From positions 153,414 through 217,413 of IMG/VR virus record IMGVR_UViG_3300023174_000046: 64,000 nucleotides of DNA. One strand, given 5' to 3'. Shown one piece after another: positions 29,693-39,415 of the stretch (positions within the stretch are counted from its first letter, which is position 1; the number at the start of each line of letters is the position of its first letter). The position numbers were made by a program, and so were the translations under genes. Under the pieces are notes generated by a model, which worked only from the letters and a program-made list of their open reading frames with translations, had not been told where the DNA came from and did not search any database.

Positions 29693-30023
29693 TGCGCAAC
29701 GCATAGAAAATTTTGTTCCTTATATAGTTGGGTTGTGCCTGGCAGGTAGTATTTTTTACACTGTGTACAGCCCACATGCATCCATGGTGAAGCAACACAT
29801 GGACACATATGGCATGGATTTTGAATATGTAACTCCTGAAGGTTCTTGTTTTACGCAAAATATTGAACCCATTGGTCATGAGAGCCATAAATATGTTTTA
29901 AGCCTGAGCAAACCTGCTAAACCTACAAATGCAGAAGAGCCTTTGTATGTGATGGTTGGATACACCATGAAACAAGTGAGAGTTAGATACAGATCTAATG
30001 CATTAACATCTAATAATCTATAA
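29685..30023 (+). CDS. Membrane-anchored hypothetical protein
   Basis: N-terminal TM helix. Confidence 0.55.
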   Translation: MNNAQRIENFVPYIVGLCLAGSIFYTVYSPHASMVKQHMDTYGMDFEYVTPEGSCFTQNIEPIGHESHKYVLSLSKPAKPTNAEEPLYVMVGYTMKQVRVRYRSNALTSNNL

Positions 30024-30227
30024 TATGCCATTTAATTTTTTAGACAAAGACAAGTGCAAAAGAAGCTACTATTATCAGGTGACTGATATTTGGCATAGAT
30101 TGAGTAGTGATCACCCCATAAAGCAGATTTTGACATCTGTAATATTCATTGGCACCATAGGCTTAATAATTCATTTTATTTTTAAACTCTTTTCTAATGA
30201 TTATTAGTTTCAACTGTCTAATACTAT

Positions 30228-31169
30228 ATGAAAACATTAATTTGCTTAGCCTTAATAGCAGTAGCAAGCCATAGTGCATGTGCTACCTCTGTATCTTTCT
30301 TAAAGAATAGTGTATATAAAATTGACAATACCAACAAAGTCACAGCTACTTTAAATGATAAAGTAGAATCCAACACACAAGTGGGCACAGGTGCACAGAG
30401 CATGTGTGAATTGTCATTAGATGATAAGTCCATAACACGCATTGGAGCCAATGCTGTCTTCACATTTGTAGAACAAGAGCGTTTGGTTAAATGCGACAAA
30501 GGAACATTTCTGGTTTCCAAAGATCCTGCAACAGAAACTATGACAGTTACCACAGGCAGTGTTACTGCTGCAGTTAATGGCAGCACTGTGATGTTTGATG
30601 TGACAGGTGATGCAACACATGTTGCTGTTGCTGAAACAACTACTGGAGTTGTGGTGACAGATAAGAATGGCAAATCTATAACATTGCAATCTGGTGAAGG
30701 CATCTCTGCAACACCTAATGGCATGGCATCTGCAGCTCCTAAATCTGTGGACGTTAAAGATCTAGCATCATCATCGCCTCTGTTTACTGAAGCGGGGTTG
30801 GCTCCTCTGGCCAATGATGCATTGATCAAGGGTGTTGCAAGCGCTCAAGAATCTGCAAAAGCTGCAGGCATGTCTTTTACAAGTGAAATTAATGATGTGG
30901 TAGCTGGTAGAATTGATAGTGCTACTGCTTTGGCCAGAGCCAGTGGCATGGATGCGCCAGGTGCTGATGTGCCTGACATTGATACTGCTGCAGGGGGTGA
31001 AGCTGTAGGTAGTAATGCACCTGCAGGCAGTGGAGCAGGAGCCATCTCTGGTTCACAGCAGTTTAATCCTTTATTGAATCCCAATCTTGTGCCCCCTGTA
31101 ACTTCTTCTCCCTTGCCTTCATTAGCTACGCCAATAGGAAGTGATATTACCCCTTATCCTGGTAGATAA
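30228..31169 (+). CDS. Secreted FecR-domain protein
   Basis: Signal peptide; TGAQSMCELSLDDKSITRIGAN; TGSVTAAVNGS. Confidence 0.8.
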   Translation: MKTLICLALIAVASHSACATSVSFLKNSVYKIDNTNKVTATLNDKVESNTQVGTGAQSMCELSLDDKSITRIGANAVFTFVEQERLVKCDKGTFLVSKDPATETMTVTTGSVTAAVNGSTVMFDVTGDATHVAVAETTTGVVVTDKNGKSITLQSGEGISATPNGMASAAPKSVDVKDLASSSPLFTEAGLAPLANDALIKGVASAQESAKAAGMSFTSEINDVVAGRIDSATALARASGMDAPGADVPDIDTAAGGEAVGSNAPAGSGAGAISGSQQFNPLLNPNLVPPVTSSPLPSLATPIGSDITPYPGR

Positions 31170-31220
31170 GAGCAGACTAATTTAGTTGACTACTTCGTAT
31201 TTTCCTGCATAATATAAGAA

Positions 31221-32117
31221 ATGAAGTTATCTTTGTGCTGTCAGAGTAATGTGCTTAATGACAAAGGCATTAAATTTCGCACCATGACTGTGACACAATT
31301 CAAGAAGAAGCCTCTCAATGAATCTTTAAATGTGTTGTGTCATAGAATTGTAGAGAACTTTCAAACACTCAAAGCTACAGTAGAATTATGCAAAAGCATG
31401 AACCTGGCTGGCATGCGCATTGGCAGCGACTTGATACCTGTTATCAATCACCCAGATCTTAATTTAGACTTTTACAAATTACCCATGCAAGATGAAATGA
31501 TGCATGCTATTGGTGAAGCTAAACAAGCCATGAAATGTTCTGGCTTACGCTTTTCTGCTCATCCTTCTGAGTTTATTAGCTTAACATCCGATAACCCTAA
31601 AGTTGTTGCCAATAGCATTCGCGATCTGATTGCTCATGCATTAGTGTTTGAATTGCTTGCATTGCCTGAATCATATGAAGCACCATTGAACATTCATATT
31701 CGCAAAGATGGTGATCCTGAAACGATCTATGCCAATGTGGTGCGTAGTTTGAAGCAATGTCCTGTCAATGTGACCAAGCGATTGGTTTTTGAGAATAATG
31801 ACAACAAGAAAGGTGTGTGGAGCATCAGCAATTTGGTAAAATATTTTCATGCTCGTGATGGCATACCCATCACTTTTGATAATTTGCATCACAAAATGTT
31901 GCCTGGAGATCTATCAGAGTCTGAAGCATTTCACTTGGCACATGGCACATGGCCTGTGATGCCCATATTTCATTATTCAGAAGGCATAGGTGACACACGC
32001 AAGCATGCAGATTACGCACAATATGCTCCTCCAGATTATGGCAAACCTGTGGTATGGGAAGTGGAGCTCAAAGCTAAGGATAGAGCTATTAACAAGATCA
32101 TGGGCATGATTTCATGA
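31221..32117 (+). CDS. uvsE: UV-damage endonuclease
   Basis: R.GSD..P, RFSAHPSEF..L.S, NIH, ENND, FDNLHH, HYSE, HADY, ELKAKD. Confidence 0.92.
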   Translation: MKLSLCCQSNVLNDKGIKFRTMTVTQFKKKPLNESLNVLCHRIVENFQTLKATVELCKSMNLAGMRIGSDLIPVINHPDLNLDFYKLPMQDEMMHAIGEAKQAMKCSGLRFSAHPSEFISLTSDNPKVVANSIRDLIAHALVFELLALPESYEAPLNIHIRKDGDPETIYANVVRSLKQCPVNVTKRLVFENNDNKKGVWSISNLVKYFHARDGIPITFDNLHHKMLPGDLSESEAFHLAHGTWPVMPIFHYSEGIGDTRKHADYAQYAPPDYGKPVVWEVELKAKDRAINKIMGMIS

Positions 32118-32866
32118 ACATTCTCATCATTGATGCTACCAATTTGTTGTACCGCATTTATCATGTGTTGCGTGTCACTGGAGGGCAGGACATGGTGCCT
32201 GCATACATGCGCAGCATCAACAAGTATGTGCGTGATTTTGCACCTGATGCAACATATGCAGTGTCAGATAAGCGCTTGATCAAAGGGCAGAAGAATTACA
32301 GACGTCAACAAGCTGATTACAAGCAAAACAGAGACTGTAGCATGTGGGAAACTGTGCATGCTGCTGAAGATGAATTGGAGCAGGTCATGCAAACACAAGG
32401 CATTCACATGATGTATCCAGGCATACTGGAAGCAGATGATGTAATTGCATTCTTGTGCAAACATTTGACTGGGCGCAAGACCATAGTATCCACAGACAAT
32501 GACATGGTGCAATTGATTGATGAACATACACAATTGTATTCACCCATCAAGAAGGTGATCATTGATGTGCACAATTGCGAACAGCATTTGCCAGTGCATG
32601 TGAACAAGTATCTGCTATACAAGAGCATACTAGGTGATGCATCAGATTGCATCAAAGGGTTATCAGGTTATGGCAAAGTGAAAGCCAAGAGATTAACAGA
32701 AAATTATGATGCGGAGTTTGCAAAATTATCTGTTGAACTGCAACAGCAACAGCTCAATAACATGAGGCTCATGAACTTGAATCAAGGTCTTATAGAACAT
32801 CCAGAAGAACGCAATTGTTACATGCAGCAATTGCAACAATTAACAACCCAGAGTGCTTGCAATTGA
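32114..32866 (+). CDS. 5'-3' exonuclease / T4 RNase H-like
   Basis: IIDATNL, YKQNR, EADDVIA, STDNDMVQL, GDASDCIKG. Confidence 0.9.
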   Translation: MNILIIDATNLLYRIYHVLRVTGGQDMVPAYMRSINKYVRDFAPDATYAVSDKRLIKGQKNYRRQQADYKQNRDCSMWETVHAAEDELEQVMQTQGIHMMYPGILEADDVIAFLCKHLTGRKTIVSTDNDMVQLIDEHTQLYSPIKKVIIDVHNCEQHLPVHVNKYLLYKSILGDASDCIKGLSGYGKVKAKRLTENYDAEFAKLSVELQQQQLNNMRLMNLNQGLIEHPEERNCYMQQLQQLTTQSACN

Positions 32867-32870
32867 GTTT

Positions 32871-33713
32871 CTATAGAAACTCACCATTATGATTGTATTT
32901 AAAAGTATTCTCCATATTACCTCTAAACAAATCTACAAACGCGCCACAATTTCCTGTATGGTTTACAACATACTTGCATTCAGCTACTAATCTTAATACT
33001 GCATCAAATATTTGTGCTTTAGCAATAGGGTCGTCATTGGTTTCTTCATGTATTATAAGCCAAGTAACTTTACTGGTATCTGTAACAACTGCTTCATCAA
33101 AGTAAAAACATTTCTCACCAAACTCTTGTTTAAAAAAGTCTCGAACTTGCAGCTGATCTGTTTGAATTAAAACCCTACACTCCGGGTGAATATTGGTAAG
33201 TTTTTTGGTTTGCTCCAAGACATATTCTTTAGAAGGGAGACGACATTCAGTGTGTTTATCTGTGCCCCTATAAAATACAGATATGGTTCTTTCAAAATTA
33301 ATATTATACTTAGAAATTAATTGCTGTTTAATTGTATTAATTTGATCGGAAGGTGAGAAAAAACAATTTAAAATTTTTGTATAATCTTCAAAATTATATA
33401 ATTTTATTGTATCCAAGTTATATGTATTTGCACCATTAAATGAGTCGGGTAAGAATAAATTTTTATTAACAGGTAGCTCGTTAATATTATAATTTGTTTT
33501 ATAAAATAGAGGGTAAATGTCAAGATTCTTGTCTCTTTTAAAATACCAAAAACCTTGCGCATAATTTATTTTATCTGGTATTATACCACTGTTAAGACAC
33601 ATAATAAGAGATAAAAATGTTTGGTAGGAATTAGAATAAAATCCGCTGTTCCATCTATTATAAATAATTTTTTGGCCGTTTTCTTCTTCTAGAGTGCAAT
33701 TGCAAAGCTGCAT
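32871..33713 (-). CDS. NodZ/O-fucosyltransferase-like glycosyltransferase (late)
   Basis: SGFYSN, VFYRGTDK, LIQTD, C.YVV...GN; TAAATA 5 nt upstream. Confidence 0.65.
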   Translation of the reverse strand: MQLCNCTLEEENGQKIIYNRWNSGFYSNSYQTFLSLIMCLNSGIIPDKINYAQGFWYFKRDKNLDIYPLFYKTNYNINELPVNKNLFLPDSFNGANTYNLDTIKLYNFEDYTKILNCFFSPSDQINTIKQQLISKYNINFERTISVFYRGTDKHTECRLPSKEYVLEQTKKLTNIHPECRVLIQTDQLQVRDFFKQEFGEKCFYFDEAVVTDTSKVTWLIIHEETNDDPIAKAQIFDAVLRLVAECKYVVNHTGNCGAFVDLFRGNMENTFKYNHNGEFL

Positions 33714-33786
33714 TTAATTATTTATTCGGAAGTATATTTATTTGGAAGTATATTGCAATCATATCAAAATCCTATAATATATTCAT

Positions 33787-34467
33787 ATGGGCATGTTTGA
33801 CACAGTTATTACAGAAGGATTAAAGCTCAAGGCTCCCAAGGAGATTGCTAACTTTCTCAGGATTAATAATGCAGAGTTTCCTGCTGAATTTCAAACTAAA
33901 GATCTAGATAATGTTTTGGGTACTTATAAGATAAATGCAAAAGGTGATATCTTTAGAGAAGAAAGAAAGCCTACAGGTAAAAAAATATCTTATGAATTGC
34001 CTTTTTTAAGCTGGAAAGATAATAGATCATGGTTAGAGAGAGTATACTGGAAGATCAAGTATAAAGAAAATAAAAAAGAGAAAATTAAGTTAATTGACGA
34101 AACAAAGCCAGTATTTGTAAGAGTAAAATTAACAAATACTTTCACAATGTTAGCTGTAGAACAGATTAGTGGTAGGAATTTAGTTTTAGATTACGAGGTT
34201 AAAGCAATAGATGGCAAGGTTAAATCAACAAAACTCTTGGAATGGTCTTTAGAGTCTGAAAAAGATGCACAAAAGCGTCATCTGGATGATAAAGAGTTTA
34301 CATTACAAACAGATAGAGCCATGGCTAAGCATAGAGAATTAAGATCCAAATGGTATTATCCTGTATTAAAAGAAACTTATAATCCTTTTATATTCTTTTC
34401 TCGCATAACGGTTCAAGCTGCTTGCAACACTATAGTGCGCTGGAGCTACAGCTGGACGGGTATATAA
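33787..34467 (+). CDS. Hypothetical protein (MGMFD...FQTKDL type)
   Basis: Motif common in phages; early promoter. Confidence 0.65.
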   Translation: MGMFDTVITEGLKLKAPKEIANFLRINNAEFPAEFQTKDLDNVLGTYKINAKGDIFREERKPTGKKISYELPFLSWKDNRSWLERVYWKIKYKENKKEKIKLIDETKPVFVRVKLTNTFTMLAVEQISGRNLVLDYEVKAIDGKVKSTKLLEWSLESEKDAQKRHLDDKEFTLQTDRAMAKHRELRSKWYYPVLKETYNPFIFFSRITVQAACNTIVRWSYSWTGI

Positions 34468-34474
34468 TAAGAAT

Positions 34475-34630
34475 ATGACATATACGCTCAAAGTGGAGCA
34501 AAACGAAATTACAGGTGAATATTTTATTATATTGCCAGAAAAACTTTTAAAAAGAATGAAGTGGAAGACTGGTGATAATATTAAATGGACCTGCAATAAG
34601 AATGGATCTGTCACTCTTAAAAAAGTATGA
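34475..34630 (+). CDS. AbrB/MazE-like small DNA-binding protein (below ORF-track cutoff)
   Basis: Hand translation MTYTLKVEQNEITGEYFIILPEKLLKRMKWKTGDNIKW...GSVTLKKV. Confidence 0.65.
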   Translation: MTYTLKVEQNEITGEYFIILPEKLLKRMKWKTGDNIKWTCNKNGSVTLKKV

Positions 34631-35187
34631 AAAGTAAGCAAGAAGTAGAATTACAGGTGAAAAGAATAATGGGCAAGTGGTATGATGAGCCTGTGTTCTC
34701 AAAAAACAAATACATAGAAGCTGCATATCTCTTTTTTTGGAAATGGTATTATAAACTTACTTCCGGTCTTTACTATAATTGCAAGTATGCTGCACAGCGT
34801 TTGTTTAAAGGGTATGATGATTTGGATACATGGAATGCTGCTTGGTATATTGCCAGAAAAGCTATACCTGTTCTTAAAGCAATGAGAGATAGATTTCACG
34901 GTACCAGTATTAAATGGCACAGAGAAGATAGATTTGGTAATATAGAACAATTAACTGTAGATGAAGTGTATGCTGGATCAACAGAACCAGGTTATGAAGG
35001 CCCCAATGCATTCACTGAAGATGAATGGAGAGCCATTCTTGATGATATCATATTTGCATTTCAATGGCAGATAGATCTGGATATATATCATGATACCAGA
35101 GACCAACAAGCGTTTACAGTCGGTGAAAAAAGGCAGAAGAGAGGTTTGCAGTTGTTTAGTATCTATTATAGAAATCTTTGGGATTGA
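34627..35187 (+). CDS. Hypothetical phage protein
   Basis: W..ILDDIIFAF...GLQLFSIYYRNLWD. Confidence 0.65.
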   Translation: MKSKQEVELQVKRIMGKWYDEPVFSKNKYIEAAYLFFWKWYYKLTSGLYYNCKYAAQRLFKGYDDLDTWNAAWYIARKAIPVLKAMRDRFHGTSIKWHREDRFGNIEQLTVDEVYAGSTEPGYEGPNAFTEDEWRAILDDIIFAFQWQIDLDIYHDTRDQQAFTVGEKRQKRGLQLFSIYYRNLWD

Positions 35188-35217
35188 TTTTATTCTAAAT
35201 ACAGTTATAATGTATGT

Positions 35218-35469
35218 ATGATTATTCAATTTGGTAAAGGTGATGAAAGCCCGTACGGTAAATGGGCCGATGATCCAAGAGTTTTTATTGTTAAGCCTCA
35301 CTTTAAAATTGTTTTTGATAACGGGTTAGGATTCTATTTACTGAATTCGTTTAGATTCAATTTGTTTCCAAAATTTTACGGTACATTCCATAAGACGTTT
35401 TGGGAGTTTGGTTTTCGTTTTGCAGGGTTTAATTTTGAAGTGATGTGGAACAAAGCTTTCACAAAATGA
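35218..35469 (+). CDS. Hypothetical protein (early)
   Basis: TTGATT-16-TATAAT-6-ATG. Confidence 0.55.
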   Translation: MIIQFGKGDESPYGKWADDPRVFIVKPHFKIVFDNGLGFYLLNSFRFNLFPKFYGTFHKTFWEFGFRFAGFNFEVMWNKAFTK

Positions 35470-35787
35470 ATGTTATTGAATATCAGTTGCAACCAGTTAA
35501 ACCAAAATACTATTCAAGGCGTAAGCGTCAGCGTATGCTTGATGAGACAACATGGCGAGAGAACGTTCTTAAGAATCAATGGATTTTTAGAGATTATCAC
35601 AGCTATTATATCGTTATAACAGAATATAAGAAGAAAGAGTTCACAGTTACTTGTTCAGGTGCGCGGGTCGAAAATATTTTTAACACATTAGATGAAGCCA
35701 AACAAGGAGCTTTTGAGTTTTGTAATAAATTATTACAATGAGTATTGCATCTGTTCTAGTTTGTATAGGTGTATTATGTTATATTCT

Positions 35788-36072
35788 TTACTTGGTAGAA
35801 CGCTTCCGTCTCAAGTAATCGTGTCCTCGACGAATTAAATCTTCTTTTTGTTTGCGCTGTCTGCGTTCTAGAGCAGTTACAAGAGCAGCAAGAGAAATGG
35901 GAAATAGAAATCTTATAAGAAATTGCATGTGATCTTCGAATGTGAGAAGATCAAAATATTTTGTATAAAGTTCATGTACTCCTTGCAATGTTACAAATAT
36001 TGCAGGCCCAAATAACATCCAAAATGCTAGATTGTTTCTATTACTAAAATGGCTCTTAATTCTTCCTAGCAT
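35788..36072 (-). CDS. Two-TM membrane protein with basic tail (holin-like topology)
   Basis: Two hydrophobic helices, Arg/Lys C-terminus, TAAGTA upstream. Confidence 0.45.
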   Translation of the reverse strand: MLGRIKSHFSNRNNLAFWMLFGPAIFVTLQGVHELYTKYFDLLTFEDHMQFLIRFLFPISLAALVTALERRQRKQKEDLIRRGHDYLRRKRSTK

Positions 36073-36107
36073 ATAATTACTTAGGAGCCTGGAGCGGTTT
36101 GAATCAA

Positions 36108-37073
36108 CTATAGTATATTTTTATACCATTCTATGGTTTGCTTGAGACCATCTTCAAAGTTAATCTTTGGTTCCCATTTCAGCTCGTTTCGTATCTTGGA
36201 GCTATCAATTGCATATATAAAGTCGTGGCCCTTGCGATCTTCAACAAATTCTATTAAACTGTCTTTGCGTTCAACAATCTCTAAAACCTTTTTTACTAAG
36301 TCTATATTTTTCATAATATCATAGGTTCCTATGTTATAAACTTCACCGCTCTTGCCTTGCTGCAATACAGTTAAAATAGCTCTGCAATGATCTTCTGCAT
36401 GAATCCATTCACGCATGTTGTCACCTTTGCCATAAACAGGTATGGCATGATTGTTAATAGCATTCAATATTGTTTTGGGTAATAGCTTTTCTTTGTGTTG
36501 ATATGGCCCATAGTTATTACTACAACGCGTGACACATACTTCCAGTTTAAACGTCTTGTGATAACTCAATGCAACAAGATCAGCAGAAGCTTTTGATGCT
36601 GAATAAACAGAGCTAGGATTAAGATTTGTTAATTCTGAGAAAAGCGGTTCATCCAAGTTATGCAGTTGACCATATACTTCATCAGTACTAACTTGAATGA
36701 ATTTCTCTACATCATATTTTCTTGAACACTCCAAAAGGTTAAAAGTGCCCACAACATTAGATGATATGAAAGGAGCAGGACCTGTTATGCTGTTATCCAC
36801 ATGTGACTCTGCAGCAATGTTTACTACTAGTTGTGGTTTGATTGCAGCAAAAATAGCATCCATCTTTTGAAAGTTAGATATGTCTTTCTTTATAAACTTT
36901 ATTCTTCTTCGATATTGTTTGTGCTCTTCTAAAAACTTTTTTATGTGTTGTTTCTGAGAAGCATAAGTCTCTGAATCCAGGTTAATAATCTTATAGTCTG
37001 TATTCTCTAATAAATGAATAAGAAAATGCGTGCCTATGAAGCCGTAGCCTCCTGTGACTAATATTTTGGCCAT
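36108..37073 (-). CDS. rmlB: dTDP-glucose 4,6-dehydratase
   Basis: GGYGFIG, AAESHVDNSI, STDEVYG, YSASKAS, NNYGPYQ. Confidence 0.93.
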   Translation of the reverse strand: MAKILVTGGYGFIGTHFLIHLLENTDYKIINLDSETYASQKQHIKKFLEEHKQYRRRIKFIKKDISNFQKMDAIFAAIKPQLVVNIAAESHVDNSITGPAPFISSNVVGTFNLLECSRKYDVEKFIQVSTDEVYGQLHNLDEPLFSELTNLNPSSVYSASKASADLVALSYHKTFKLEVCVTRCSNNYGPYQHKEKLLPKTILNAINNHAIPVYGKGDNMREWIHAEDHCRAILTVLQQGKSGEVYNIGTYDIMKNIDLVKKVLEIVERKDSLIEFVEDRKGHDFIYAIDSSKIRNELKWEPKINFEDGLKQTIEWYKNIL

Positions 37074-37173
37074 AATTTAATAATAGATTATTTTATTTGA
37101 AATCAAGTTAACCAACACGTCTATTGTATTATTTACTTGAGTATTTTTGAAAAACATGTATTATGTTATGTAT

Positions 37174-37268
37174 GCCTCCGTCGTCTAGCGGTCAAGACAC
37201 ACGGCTTATACCCGTGCTCGGCACCAGATTAGTGCATAACGTTGGTTCGAATCCAACCGGAGGTACCA
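37174..37268 (+). tRNA. tRNA-Ile(UAU) with a 24-nt variable region
   Basis: GCCTCCG/CGGAGGT acceptor, CACGG-CTTATAC-CCGTG, GTTGG-TTCGAAT-CCAAC, ACCA. Confidence 0.85.
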
Positions 37269-37273
37269 TTTTT

Positions 37274-37349
37274 GGGCGTATAGCTCAGCGGTTAGAGCAG
37301 GGCACTCATAATGCCTTGGTCCTAGGTTCAAATCCTAGTACGCCCACCA
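37274..37349 (+). tRNA. tRNA-Ile2(CAU), lysidine type (Met less likely)
   Basis: GGGCA-CTCATAA-TGCCT-TGGTC resembles ileX-type tRNAs; CCA encoded. Confidence 0.82.
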
Positions 37350-37351
37350 TT

Positions 37352-37425
37352 GCATCTGTAGCTCAGTTGGACAGAGCAACGGATTTCTAATCCGTGGGTC
37401 ACAGGTTCGATCCCTGTCAGATGCA
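37352..37425 (+). tRNA. tRNA-Arg(UCU), CCA not encoded
   Basis: GCATCTG/CAGATGC acceptor, ACGGA-TTTCTAA-TCCGT. Confidence 0.92.
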
Positions 37426-37427
37426 AG

Positions 37428-37649
37428 TTATTTAAATTTTTCTAGTACTAACTGCTTGAGATTGTATGCTGTGGAGTCGGCAATAACATCATATTCATTG
37501 GAATGCTTTTCAATAAATTCCAACAATTTTATAGCATCTTCTTTTGAAAAGCAAACACCTTCCAAATTAGCACCAATCTGATCATTTATTGATTTAGTTA
37601 AACGCTTGCTTTTGCGGTAAGATTCAAAGATCAGATCGTTATCTTGCAT
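37428..37649 (-). CDS. Putative internal head protein (LIFE leader)
   Basis: MQDNDLIFESY; late TAAATA. Confidence 0.6.
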   Translation of the reverse strand: MQDNDLIFESYRKSKRLTKSINDQIGANLEGVCFSKEDAIKLLEFIEKHSNEYDVIADSTAYNLKQLVLEKFK

Positions 37650-37850
37650 TATATTAATATTTAATAAGATTAACTCTTGAATTCTTGATATAAGAGCTTA
37701 ACTTTATTATATGAACGAAAAATTGAGCTACAGACAGATACTAGTAGCTGTTTTAACATATCTGAAAGAAACCGACCCAGGCACTAATTTTCTTGATTTA
37801 GACAAAGAAGAGCAAGATCAAGTAATAGAAGATGCTTTGGAGTACATGGA

Positions 37851-38063
37851 ATGAAGCAAGAAGATATTCTAGACAAAAAAGTTCTATTTCAAAACGTTCC
37901 TGTGAATCGCTTTGCTGTGCATGAAGGCAAGGTAAAAGAGTTTTCACCCACTGGCAAATGCGTTAAAATTGATCATGAATGGTTCTTGCTCAACAACATT
38001 AGATTTTTGGAGGTATTCACTGAAGATGAAAGACCATCTCTTCGCTTTGTTTGCAAAACTTGA
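37851..38063 (+). CDS. Hypothetical protein
   Basis: ORF track. Confidence 0.55.
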   Translation: MKQEDILDKKVLFQNVPVNRFAVHEGKVKEFSPTGKCVKIDHEWFLLNNIRFLEVFTEDERPSLRFVCKT

Positions 38064-38218
38064 TAACCACACCTGGGAGATGTTCCTATTTTGGTCTGGA
38101 TTTATGATTACAGGCATTATAATCAAATAATGACACATAAAAAATATGAATGGTTCATTGTGTTTCTGGGGGTTATCGCAAACATTGTGCTCATTCTAAA
38201 CGCCATACACCATTGGTA

Positions 38219-38479
38219 ATGAACCAAGACAAACTCATAGAAAAGCTCTTGAGAAAGATTCAAGAGACAGACAACACAAGAGCATCTGTTTGGCTTATAA
38301 ACCATTACATGGAAGAGGCCATTAGCATATGCACTAGCGATTTAGCAGATTCTGCTATATACGCAGATGGCGTGGCGGCCATTGAAGAAGTATTAGAGCA
38401 GAAGGATTATAAAGATGCCCTGGTAATTGCAGAAGATACAGCACAAGAGATGTTGTATGACATGGGTTTTGATAGTTAA
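38219..38479 (+). CDS. Hypothetical acidic protein
   Basis: Likely start MNQDK. Confidence 0.55.
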   Translation: MNQDKLIEKLLRKIQETDNTRASVWLINHYMEEAISICTSDLADSAIYADGVAAIEEVLEQKDYKDALVIAEDTAQEMLYDMGFDS

Positions 38480-38527
38480 CTTGCACTTGACATAATCTAA
38501 ATTTTCAATTATTATTAAATAATTGAT

Positions 38528-39415
38528 ATGGCGTTTGATAAAGACTTTAAACTGCTTCAAGAAGAATACAGCAACATGTATTCAAATGCTGAAAACGCAG
38601 AAGGTTTAGCTTCTACTGTTGGCATTCTTCCATGGAAAGAAGTGCCTGAAGAAGAAAAGAACAAAGCATATGAGCTAATAAAGGCTCATAATGATGCTGT
38701 GGTTAACCCCAAAGATGGTCCAGAAAATTATTACTTCATTGATGTAACTGGCAAGCATCAAGTTTATTATACATTTTGGAGATTCAGAATATTGCCAGCT
38801 GCAATACGCAATTGGATCAAGAATCCCATTTACTTTGGCAATTTATCCACAGACATTGTTGCATCTGTTCAAAAGGCTTTGTCAAAGAATATTGTAAAGA
38901 ATGTGCGGGTAGAATTGTATGGTGATGAAACTAGAGAACACTTGATAGGCAGAAGCAAGTCTACCCCTAAATTTACTTTTGGCAAATACAGAGGCAAATC
39001 GTTCCCTGATGTGTATCTAGAAGATCCAGGTTACTTTGCTTTCTTAGCCAAGAACGCTGATCCCAAGTATGCATCTACAGATAATGCTCAAGCCATTCAA
39101 GCTTTTGCGCAAATGTATTTTGATGATGTCACTAAAAAGAACCAGGAAACTTCTACTGCACAATTTGTGGGCAAACCAGGTGATCGCTTTGAAGGTGAAT
39201 TAGAACTTTATAATTTAAAAGAGGTTCCTGGTACCAGAGAGCAAGATGGTTATAATGTGTACAAATTGAAAGATGCTCAAGGCAATAAATATATTACATA
39301 TGCGTTTCCTGCTTCAGAAGTAGGTACTAAGATGAAAGTTAGAGCCAAGATTCAAGCACATAAAGAAATTTTAGGTGTCAAATTTAACAAGATTGGATAT
39401 GTAAAACCTGTATGA
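38528..39415 (+). CDS. Late protein with FGKYRG (DUF3820-like) motif and C-terminal OB-like domain
   Basis: FTFGKYRGKSF.DV...DPGYF; TAAATA at 38516. Confidence 0.65.
   Translation: MAFDKDFKLLQEEYSNMYSNAENAEGLASTVGILPWKEVPEEEKNKAYELIKAHNDAVVNPKDGPENYYFIDVTGKHQVYYTFWRFRILPAAIRNWIKNPIYFGNLSTDIVASVQKALSKNIVKNVRVELYGDETREHLIGRSKSTPKFTFGKYRGKSFPDVYLEDPGYFAFLAKNADPKYASTDNAQAIQAFAQMYFDDVTKKNQETSTAQFVGKPGDRFEGELELYNLKEVPGTREQDGYNVYKLKDAQGNKYITYAFPASEVGTKMKVRAKIQAHKEILGVKFNKIGYVKPV

Noticed and set aside
37163-37390. 75-aa ORF in the track
   Set aside because: It lies over the tRNA cluster.
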